This document shows, piece after piece, positions 1-10,400 of a stretch of 64,000 nt of DNA. Source of the DNA: a virus. Position numbers and translations under genes: made by a program. The notes under the pieces were generated by a model. That model was not told where the DNA came from. It saw nothing but the letters and a program-made list of their open reading frames with translations, and did no database searches. Position 1 is the stretch's first letter. Each line of letters opens with the position of its first letter. The DNA lies in IMG/VR virus record IMGVR_UViG_3300032242_001235, positions 25,960-89,959 of that record; one strand, 5' to 3'.

Positions 1-1
1 T

Positions 2-1207
2 GCATTAACTATTGCTGGTGGTTTGGCTGTAGCAAAAGACATTTACTTTGGCGGTAACTTATATCAAAATGGTTCGTTGTTTACTGGTGGCGGCGGCGGT
101 GGTACTGCATCTGGAACAGGTACTACAACTACATTTGTAATATCCAACATTACTCCTACTACATCTACTAACACAGGTGCGTTAGTGGTTGCTGGTGGTA
201 TTGGTGTTGGTGGAGGCATTTTTGCTGGCGGTACTGTTACTGCTACAAACTTTGCAGGTAGTGGAGCGAACGGTGTATTATCTGGATTATACTTATTAAG
301 TACCTATAACATATTGGCCACTGGTACAACTACCGCAACTAACCTTGTTGTGAGTGGTACAGCCACAGCAAGTTCAACTAACACTGGCGCATTGACAGTA
401 GCAGGTGGATTGGGAGTTGGCGGTAACATTTACTTTGGCGGCAACTTATATCAAAACGGTGTATTGTTTACTGGCTCTGGCGGTTCCTCTACTAGTGCTA
501 GCACTGGTACAACCAGTACATTTGTAATTTCCAACACTACTGTATCAACAGGCACTAACACTGGTGCTTTACAAGTTTATGGTGGTGCTGGTATTGGTGG
601 TGCATTATATGTTGGTGGTGGGATATACACTGGTGGTCAACAGATATTGCCCACAACATTACAGACATTTACAGCAATTGCTGGACAAACTGCATTTACT
701 ATTTCTGGTGGATACTCGGTTGGACAGATACAGGTATTTGTCAACGGTATTTTGTTTAGTAGCAGCGATTATACTGCATCAAACGGTACCAGTGTTGTAT
801 TGAATATTCCTCGAAATGTTGGTGATACTGTGCAAGTTGTGGCAAACGCAACGACTACTGTAAGTATGCAGCAGGCTTATATTTTCAACCAATATACGGC
901 TGGTGGAACTACAAGTACAATTTCTACAAACTACAATACTGCTACTGTACAAGTATTCCAAAACGGTGTATTACAGTACCCAACAACATATACTGCATCG
1001 AATGGTACAAGTATTACATTTGCAGCAATTCCAAGTACTGGTACTGTAATTGGTGTTGTCAGCTTTAATTCAGTCAGCATCAGTAATGCGATAAGTAGTA
1101 GTGGTGGAACAATTAACGGAACATTGAATGTTGTGGGTAGCTTACAACAAAACGGCGTAGATGTTGGCACTCAAATGATGGCAATGTCAATTGCTATGGG
1201 CGTATAA
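2..1207 (+). CDS. Tail fibre-like structural protein, 5'-partial (begins before the window)
   Basis: Frame open from position 2 (ALTIAGGLAVAKDIY...). Repeats of TSTNTGALxVxGGxGxGGxxYxGG, then two 'VQVFxNGxL...YTASNGTS' beta modules; Thr/Gly/Ser-rich. Confidence 0.7.
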   Translation, partial: ALTIAGGLAVAKDIYFGGNLYQNGSLFTGGGGGGTASGTGTTTTFVISNITPTTSTNTGALVVAGGIGVGGGIFAGGTVTATNFAGSGANGVLSGLYLLSTYNILATGTTTATNLVVSGTATASSTNTGALTVAGGLGVGGNIYFGGNLYQNGVLFTGSGGSSTSASTGTTSTFVISNTTVSTGTNTGALQVYGGAGIGGALYVGGGIYTGGQQILPTTLQTFTAIAGQTAFTISGGYSVGQIQVFVNGILFSSSDYTASNGTSVVLNIPRNVGDTVQVVANATTTVSMQQAYIFNQYTAGGTTSTISTNYNTATVQVFQNGVLQYPTTYTASNGTSITFAAIPSTGTVIGVVSFNSVSISNAISSSGGTINGTLNVVGSLQQNGVDVGTQMMAMSIAMGV

Positions 1208-1233
1208 AGAAAGATTCAAAGGATAAGATTACA

Positions 1234-4200
1234 ATGGCTAAGCAACTATTAAGAAGTTATATTTTTACCCCTGGAGCTGCTGGTGCTGGCACCATCGCTG
1301 TCCAAGGTAACTGGAAAATGGACCAGTTATTGGTTATCACGAATGTAACAAAAAACACAGTATTGTATAACTTTGCCAGTACAACATATACTGGAACAAG
1401 TGTATCATTCAGCCGTGCAAACACCGCAGCATTTCCTACAGAAATAATGAAATCAGATGGTGTGACAACTATCACATTGGGCTTTGCTACTACTGGTATG
1501 AGCAGCACTGATGTGCTACAGATTTTTGTTGAAAGAGCAGATGGCGCAGTTATTACTCGTCCATGGGCAATGGGTACTGATGCGTTTGAAAGAACTCGTG
1601 TTGCTGCTGCACAGTCCATGATTGACGCTGACTTTGAATACGGAATGCAGCCAACTAAGTGGCAGACATTGAGTCAGATTAGAGGCTATCCTGGAATTTA
1701 TGAAGTACCAGGTACTGATTTGGTAGTAAACTCCATCATTACAGATGCCAGTTACAGTAACCAAAAACCTGATGTTAACAGTTTGATTACAGTTAATGCA
1801 GGATATCCACACGGTCTTACTACAGGATCTGCAATTACAGTTAATGCTATTTCGCAAACTGTTTCTAGTTATGATCGTGCAGCAGGATCATTTGTGGTTG
1901 ACAGTGTAACTAGTGCTACACAATTTACATATTATGCTAAGGGATTGGTTGGCGTTACCTCTGGTACTAACATTGCACAACAGGCAACTGTAGTTCGCAA
2001 AGGCGGATTCTATACTGGATCAAGTTTAACTAACGTGACCTTTGTAGTATCTGGTTCTGGCGCCGCAACAACTGGTACAGTGACAGTTACTTCATCGGAC
2101 CCTCATGGATTTATGCCAGGTGCTGCAATTGTAGCTTTCATTACAAACAACACTGGTGGTAGTAATTTGAATTATTGCCAAGGCCCATTCTATGTATTGA
2201 CTGTACCAAGTTCAACTACATTCACTTATATAGCAAGGAATGTGGGAACAATTACAGGTACTCCTACAGGATATATCTATGCTCGAAGTGATAGTTATTA
2301 CTATCATAGACCATTTGATGGCGGCGTGCAATTAGGTACTGGTGGTCCAAGCCACGGTATGGATGCTATTCGTCAAAGTAAAAAGTATTTGAGATACCAG
2401 TCTGGTAAAGCTGTTAACTATAACACTGGTGCTTTGTTTGCTCCAAACTATTATATTAGAACTTTGACAGCAAGTGGTACCAGCGTTGGATCAACAATTA
2501 CTGTTGTAATGGACGATAACGATCACGGAGCACAAATTGGTGCAGTAATTAACTTGCAAAACGTGGTCACTTCAGGATATAACGGAACTTATACAGTTAA
2601 CGGCGTTCCTGACGAGCGTACATTGACATTTTTAGCCACTGCAACATTGGGTTCCACTACACCTACATTAGGTAATCCATGTTTATTAGGAGTTCAAAAC
2701 TGGTATGGTGCAACTGTCCGTGCCGGTACATATGATGACCAAAACGGAATGTACTGGCAATATGACGGTATTCAAATGTCCATTGGTCAAAGAACTAGTA
2801 CTATTAACATAGCTGGATTAAGTACAGCCACGGTTGGTAGCCATATAATTACTGGTGGTAACAGTAGATTTACACAACAAGTAATTGCTGGTGATCGTAT
2901 TGTAATTAAAGGTATGACGCATGTTGTTACCGGCGTACAAAGTGATACACAACTTACTGTTAACCCACAATTCCGTGGTGCAAGTAATCAAAACGGTGTA
3001 AAACTTGTTAAAATTGTTGATAAACTTGTCCCACAAAGTCAGTGGAACATGGACCGTTGCGATGGCACAAACGGTATCTACAACCCAAGTGGATATAATT
3101 TAAATGTAAACAGAATGCAGATGATTGGTTTGCAGTGGACATGGTACGGTGCTGGATTTATTGATTGGATGCTACGCGGACCAGAAGGTAATTACATTAC
3201 TGTACACCGTATGAAGAACAGTAACGTCAACTACGAAGCATATATGAGAACAGGTAACATGCCTGTTCGTTATCAAGTTATTAACGAAGGTGCTCGTAGC
3301 ACAATGACCAGTGCCATTAGTACTGTTGATACTGTAATGACAGTAACTGATGTTACATATTTCCCAGTTTCTGGATACTTGTCAGTTGATCAAGAAATTA
3401 TTCAATATTCATCTATCACCACTGCTACAAACACATTTAACGGGTTGACTCGTGCAACTGGTTATACACAATTTGTTTCAGGATCTAACAAAACATTCTC
3501 TGGTAGTACAGCAGCAAACCATAGTGCTGGAACTGGAGTTATCCTAGTTGGTCAAACAGCGAGCCCACAGTTAAGCCACTGGGGTAGTGCATACATGGCG
3601 GACGGTGGATTTGATGATGATCGTGGTTACATTTTCAACTATGTAGCCAGTAACATTTTAATTAGTACTACCCCAACAACTACATTTGCCATTAGATTGG
3701 CACCTAGTGTAAGTAATGCTATTCCTGGAGACTTAGGAGTTCGTGACTTACTAAACCGCGCTCAAATGAGATTGCAATCTCTAGAAGTTACTGCTGGTGG
3801 ATCATCTAACTTAAACAGTGCGATGGTTGTTCAAGGTATTTTGAATCCTCAAAATTATCCAACAAACTTTAGCAATATTAACTGGCAAACATTAAACCTT
3901 GGTGGACTACAAACTGGACAGCCAAGTTTTGCACAAATTGCACAGGGTCAAAGTATTATTTTTGATAATACTGCAACTAACAGTACACAGGTTACTGGCA
4001 ATACTAGTTCTGGTACCAATGTATTGACAGTAAACTCTATAACTGGTATTTTCCCAGGTGATGTTGTATATGCTCTTAACGGTGCTTCACAAACTTATTC
4101 AATTACTGGCGGAACGGTTGTGACTAGTATTGATCCAGCCACGAACAAAGTAACATTAAGTAACTATACTGTTGGACCTATTACAACTGGTAATACTGTG

Positions 4201-4437
4201 TATTTTACAAGAACTGGATTTGCCATCCCAGGTGAAACTGTATTTTCATTCGTTAGTAGCCCTGCTGAACGAGATGTACTTGATTTAACTTTACTAAAAG
4301 AAATGACCAATACACCAATTGGTGGACGAAACTGTTATCCTAACGGACCCGACGTCTTGTTCATTAATGTGTATTTGACAACTGGTGCACCAATTTACGC
4401 TAACTTGACCCTACGCTGGGGCGAACCACAGGCTTAA
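1234..4437 (+). CDS. Large virion structural protein (tail/baseplate-associated, repeated small beta modules)
   Basis: 1067 aa with AAGGA RBS; three repeats of ITV...HG...G..I.....G.F/Y.V..V.....FTY/F; lies in the fibre cluster. Confidence 0.6.
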   Translation: MAKQLLRSYIFTPGAAGAGTIAVQGNWKMDQLLVITNVTKNTVLYNFASTTYTGTSVSFSRANTAAFPTEIMKSDGVTTITLGFATTGMSSTDVLQIFVERADGAVITRPWAMGTDAFERTRVAAAQSMIDADFEYGMQPTKWQTLSQIRGYPGIYEVPGTDLVVNSIITDASYSNQKPDVNSLITVNAGYPHGLTTGSAITVNAISQTVSSYDRAAGSFVVDSVTSATQFTYYAKGLVGVTSGTNIAQQATVVRKGGFYTGSSLTNVTFVVSGSGAATTGTVTVTSSDPHGFMPGAAIVAFITNNTGGSNLNYCQGPFYVLTVPSSTTFTYIARNVGTITGTPTGYIYARSDSYYYHRPFDGGVQLGTGGPSHGMDAIRQSKKYLRYQSGKAVNYNTGALFAPNYYIRTLTASGTSVGSTITVVMDDNDHGAQIGAVINLQNVVTSGYNGTYTVNGVPDERTLTFLATATLGSTTPTLGNPCLLGVQNWYGATVRAGTYDDQNGMYWQYDGIQMSIGQRTSTINIAGLSTATVGSHIITGGNSRFTQQVIAGDRIVIKGMTHVVTGVQSDTQLTVNPQFRGASNQNGVKLVKIVDKLVPQSQWNMDRCDGTNGIYNPSGYNLNVNRMQMIGLQWTWYGAGFIDWMLRGPEGNYITVHRMKNSNVNYEAYMRTGNMPVRYQVINEGARSTMTSAISTVDTVMTVTDVTYFPVSGYLSVDQEIIQYSSITTATNTFNGLTRATGYTQFVSGSNKTFSGSTAANHSAGTGVILVGQTASPQLSHWGSAYMADGGFDDDRGYIFNYVASNILISTTPTTTFAIRLAPSVSNAIPGDLGVRDLLNRAQMRLQSLEVTAGGSSNLNSAMVVQGILNPQNYPTNFSNINWQTLNLGGLQTGQPSFAQIAQGQSIIFDNTATNSTQVTGNTSSGTNVLTVNSITGIFPGDVVYALNGASQTYSITGGTVVTSIDPATNKVTLSNYTVGPITTGNTVYFTRTGFAIPGETVFSFVSSPAERDVLDLTLLKEMTNTPIGGRNCYPNGPDVLFINVYLTTGAPIYANLTLRWGEPQA

Positions 4438-4442
4438 AAATA

Positions 4443-7400
4443 ATGAGTATTCAATTTTCCGGCGGCTTCCAACTTACAGGTGGCTTCACTATTACGACAG
4501 AAAACGCTGATAGCAACTACAATTCTACAGTGGTAATGTTAAATGGTGAAACTGCATCAAAACTTCATACTGCTGATGCTAGTGGCAATAATCTTGCACT
4601 TACCCAAGTAGGTGCAGTTGCTACCAGTAAGTTTAATCCATTTTTAGGCACAGGTAACTACGGACTTTCTATTGGAGCATCTGACACGCTAGTTACTCCC
4701 AACAATGCTGATGCATTTACATTTGGTACTGGTGATTTTTCTTTTGAAGTTTGGATCTTTTCAAGCGTATTCTCCACAGCATCATATTCTGCACCATTAT
4801 GGACAAACTATGTATCAGGTGGTGCTGGCCTCAGTTTATATTTAGAAGTACATGCTGGTCAACTTAGACTTCTTGATTTTAATGGATCTGGAAGCACCTT
4901 TGTCATTATTGGTGGAACAATAAGAGATAACTCTTGGCATCATTTAGTAATGACTCGCCAGTCGGGGACAATCCGCGGCTTCATTAACGGTGTTCTAGTT
5001 ACATCTGCTACTGGAATAACAACCAATTATACTGGCGTATTTTTAGCCAGTATTGGTCCTGGTCTTGCCGGTAATTATTTTAATGCTAGGATCATTAGGG
5101 GTGGTGTTCCAAGCCAATATTCTACATCAACTCTTACTACAAACGCAGTAGTATTCACTCCACCAACTGTACCGTTTACTGGTTCAGAATCGTTAACTAC
5201 CAGCACCGCATCTGTAGTATTTTTGGCCGCCCAAGATGCAAGTTTCATTGATCAAAGTCCAAGATCAGCGCCGCTAACTCCATCAAGCACAGTTAAAGTA
5301 GTCACTAATACTCCGTTGGCAAGTCAATTTACTAGAACATTTTCTAACTATGGTTCAACATGGTTCAATGGATCAACAAGTTATATTCAATCACCAATAG
5401 GCAGCTACGCAGATTTTGGCAGTGGTGCATTTACTATTGAAACTTGGATCTTTCCTACAGTACCTACAACACAACAGGTAATAGCATTCCATGGTTGGTC
5501 TGGCTCTGGCGCATTTAACTATGGTTGGAATGCTCAGATTAATACCAGCAATCAGCTGGCATTTTATGCCAACGGTACATTAACAGCGTTTACAGATCTA
5601 GTTGTGACTATGAACGCATGGAATCACATTGCCTTTGTTGGCATTGGTGGTGTGTTAACTGCATTTAAGAATGGTGTTAAGAGCGCAACTACATATACCT
5701 ATACCGCCATAGTAGCTCGTCCAACAGCTACTACTGTAATTGGTGGGTGGAACAACAACACAGAAAATATTGCTGAACGCTTGTTCTATAATGGTGCTAT
5801 TAGTAACTTCCACATTGTTAACGGCACTGCTTTATATACCTCATCCTTTACAGTATCAACTACACCAATAAGTGCTATTGGTACTAGTGTACTACTAACT
5901 TGTCAAAATGCTACAGGCACGATTACAGATGCCAGTACAGTATCAAATGCATTGACAGTTGTAGGTGGAACTCGTATTATATCAGCAACCCCATTTACAA
6001 CAACATATACTAGTGCTGATAGATCAGATGCATCTACATTTTATGGATCTGGATATTTTAGTGGATCTCCAAATTATATAAGTATCCCTGCTTCTGCCGC
6101 ATTAGTACTCCCTGCCGATTTTACAATTGAATGTTGGGTCAATGCATCGACTTTAAGCGGTAATCAGGGTATAATTGCATCTTCTGGTCAACGGTTTGGA
6201 TTAATTAGACTTACAAATTATTTTTATTGGCTTGGTTCCACTGATCTTTCTGGTAGTTCGATTACCATTTCTGCCAATACTTGGTACCACTTGGCGGCTT
6301 CTCGTGTTGGTACTACATTAAGATTATTTGTAAATGGTGTGCAAGCCAATAGTGGAACTTATTCTGAAGCATCCACTTCAAACATTTGGTATATTGGCAA
6401 CGATCAAAGTAACGAAATTTTTAACGGATATATCTCCAATATACGAGTAGTAAAGGGCACCGGACTTTATACCACTAATTTTGTTCCACCAACTACACAA
6501 TTGCCTACTGTTTCAGGGACTAGTCTGTTAACACTACAAGGTAGAACAACTAGCACAAATGTTATTTCTATCTATGATGAAAGTGCCAACAGCCTGGCAG
6601 TTACCGCATACGGTTCTCCAACACAGGGCTCGTTCTCACCATTTAACCAAGGTGGATATAGTTACTATTTTAACGGTGCAGGTGATTACTTAACTATTCC
6701 AGCAAGCACAAACAACGCATTAGGTAGTGATTTTACAATAGAAGTATGGGTCTATACAACTATTGCAAATCAAACATATGGTTCTGGCATTGCTGGTACA
6801 TACGATGGCGGTAGTAACGGCGGGTGGAGTTTAATCATTAACCGAAGCACTGGCGGACCAATTGGCATTGGATTTATCCATGCAAATGCAATACAACAGT
6901 CTTACACAACGGCTTATTTGGCAATTAATACATGGCATCATATTGCAATTACCAGAAGTGGAACTACACTAAAAACATACCTAAATGGCACACAGGTTGC
7001 CACAGGAACTTATGCTACAGCAGACACGGTTTCTGCTATCAATTACATTGGATCTCAGGGTGTTGGTTCATACCATAACGGTTATATTTCCAATCTTCGT
7101 GTAATTAAAGGTACAGCGATTTACACTGCTAACTTCGCACCATCATATACTCCATTAACTGCTGTCGATAATACGGTTTTATTAACTGCACAGGCTAATT
7201 CGTTTAGTGATGCATCTACATTAACTAACACAATAACAAGAGTGGGTGCAGCAAGTGTTCGACCATTTACACCATTCCCACAATTTAGAGCATACAATGC
7301 ATTTGTGGATGGCAGTAGCATTTACATGAACGGTACCAGTGACTATATAGCAACACCTGCTAATGCTGCAATGACATTTGGTAACAATGATCATACTGTA

Positions 7401-10400
7401 GAATTTTGGTACTATTTGCCAAATACTGCCCATGCGGCCGGTTATTCTACACAATGGAAATACAGTAGCGGCAGTACACAACAAGGCACTAACGATTATT
7501 ATTTCCAAACTGGTACTGCAGGAGGTGGCAGTGGCGGCCTTGCATTAGGTACTGGTGGTGGTTGGGCATTGTCTGCAATCTCAATCTCTGCTACACAGTT
7601 CAACGCATTAGCTGGGCAGTGGACACATATTGCTTGGACTAGAGCAAGCAACGTATTTAGATTATTCTTCAACGGCGTGCTAATGGGCAGTGCAACATAC
7701 ACTGGTAGTATTGCTGCACAGGGCGGTGCTATGCTACTGGGACAGGATAGCAGCAATAATTATGGAGGCGGATACTATAGTGGATATCGTGTTATCAACG
7801 GATATGCATTGTATACTGGCGGATTCACTCCACCAACCAGTCCATTGACCGCAGTTCCATATACACAATTATTGACAGCAAACACTGCTACTTTTGTTGA
7901 CAGCAGTTATAACAACTTCTCTATCACCAGAACTGGCACTACATCCACACGCTTTAGCCCAAATACACCAACAGTGTTATCTAATGGTAACAGTGTATAT
8001 TTTGATGGTAGCACAAGTGCTATTACATTGCCAACAGCATTTGCATCCACAATTGCTGGTTTGGCAGGTTCCATAACCACAATGGAAGCATTTATTTTCC
8101 CAACAAATACTACATCAAGAGATGAAACTATTATTGGTGGGATTCCAGCAGTTGGTACAAATGGTAGATGGTCTTTTGTAATTACTACTGGCGCAACAAC
8201 ATTCACTATTAAATTCATATGGACAACTGATACTTCAACGGCTGTATCAGTAGCAACCACGGTAGTCACTGGTAGAACAAATACTTGGAATCATGTTGCT
8301 GTGGTGATTGATGCTTCTATTGCTGCAACTACCAATGTCACATTGTTTATAAATGGAACCGCACAAGGATTCCCATATCAAGTATTCACTTCACAAACAT
8401 TCACTTATGATTATGTGAAGATTGGATTTGATACTGGTTATACTAACCGATTCACTGGATATATGTCTAACCTAAGAGTAATCAAAGGCACCATTCCCTA
8501 TATATACAAAATTACTCCACCTGTAATTAATTTAAACACTAGTACATTCACTCGATTGTTAACTGCACAAACAGTAAACATGAATGATACAAGTGTTAAT
8601 AGTTTGGTAGCAACTAGGGGCGGAACTACAATGCCTCAAAGATTTAGTCCATTTGGAAATACTACTGCTGATTTGGGATATAGTGGGTATTTTAACGGCA
8701 CTACAGATTATGTACAGGTTCCTGCAGGCCCAGCATTTGCACCTGGAACAGCAGACTTTACTGTTGAGGGTTGGTTTTATCCAACCAACACAATGGCCAC
8801 GCAAGGGGCTATTTGGACGCAATCAATATCAGGTACTAATTACTTTGTCATTTTTGCAACTAATAATGTTATTCAATTTTATGGAACATTGAGTGGCGGT
8901 GGAACCGCTATTTCCAGTGGATCCAATAATTGGTCAGTCAACTCATGGAATCATTTTGCAGTTGTTAGAACTAGCGGATCCGTAAAAGTATACCTTAACG
9001 GCATTGCAGGTACTGCTACAGCAGATATTAATAACTATTCCAATATATCATATGTACCTACTATTGGTAGATATACCCATGTGGCCACTAACTTCTTCTA
9101 TGGATACATTTCCAATCTAAGATATTTAAATAGGATAGCACTATATACTGGTAACTTTACAGTACCTGCCTCACCGTTGGCTGTTACACAAAGTTCTAGT
9201 ACAAACATTGCTGCACTTACTACTATACCAACTAACGGTAGTAGTGTGTTTTTTAATGGTAGTACAGATTATTTGACTGCCCCTTCAAATCCTGCGTTTC
9301 AATTTGGTACAGGTGCATTTACCATGGAAGCCTGGATTAATCCAACTGTGACTGCTCCAACAGTTACGCAGTGGATTATTAGTAATATAGATTCAGCAAG
9401 TGGTAATACACAATGTGGTTTATCGATACTTGCTACTTCAAATAAATTACAGTTTCAAACTTGGAATGCTGCTATATTAACAAGTACAGCCGCAATTTCT
9501 CTTAATGTTTGGACACATGTAGCAATATCATTTGACGGGACAACTTATAAATTATTCATTAATGGAGTTTTGGATACCAGCGGAATAACTCTTTATAATT
9601 TTAGTTCAGCAGGAACAGCCAAAATTGGATATGCTCTTTCAGGCAATTCATACTTTACTGGGCTTATGTCTAATGCCCGTATAGTAAAAGGTACAGCAGT
9701 ATATACTACAGCATTTACACCAAGTACATCACCACTAACTGCAATAACAAACACAAGTTTATTGACTTGCCAATCAACTACTATAATTGATAATTCAATT
9801 AATAATTATACTATCACTTCTTTTGGAACCCCATCGGCTATTAAAACACTTAGTCCGTTCGGTAACACCCCGCAGTTGTTGACATTCCAATCAACTACCT
9901 TTGTTGATAATAGTACAAACGCATTTACTTTAACAACAGGCGGAACGGCTGGCCCAGCTTCACTTAGCCCATTTGTAGATTCAACCAATATAACTTCAAC
10001 AGCATACAGTGTATATTTTAACGGTACTACTGACAATTTGACATTACCAGTTAGTACAGCAACAACTCAATTAGGATCATCTGATTTTACTATTGAAGGT
10101 TGGATGTTCTTTACTGAAGTTACAAATGATCATACTTTAGTATATTGGAATGGTGCTTCGAGCGGATATGCAGCAGTTCATGTAAGACAAATAGCAGGTA
10201 AGTGGGCATTGTGGATATCTGCAACTGGCTCAGCTTGGGCAGTTCAACAAAATACTTTAGGTTCAACAATTACTTCAAATACATGGTATCATGTTGCAGT
10301 GGTTCGTAGTGGTACAAATTTTAAATTATATATTAACGGATCTGATGTAACCTCTGGTGGTTATACTGTATCAGGATCGTTAATGACAACTTATACAACA

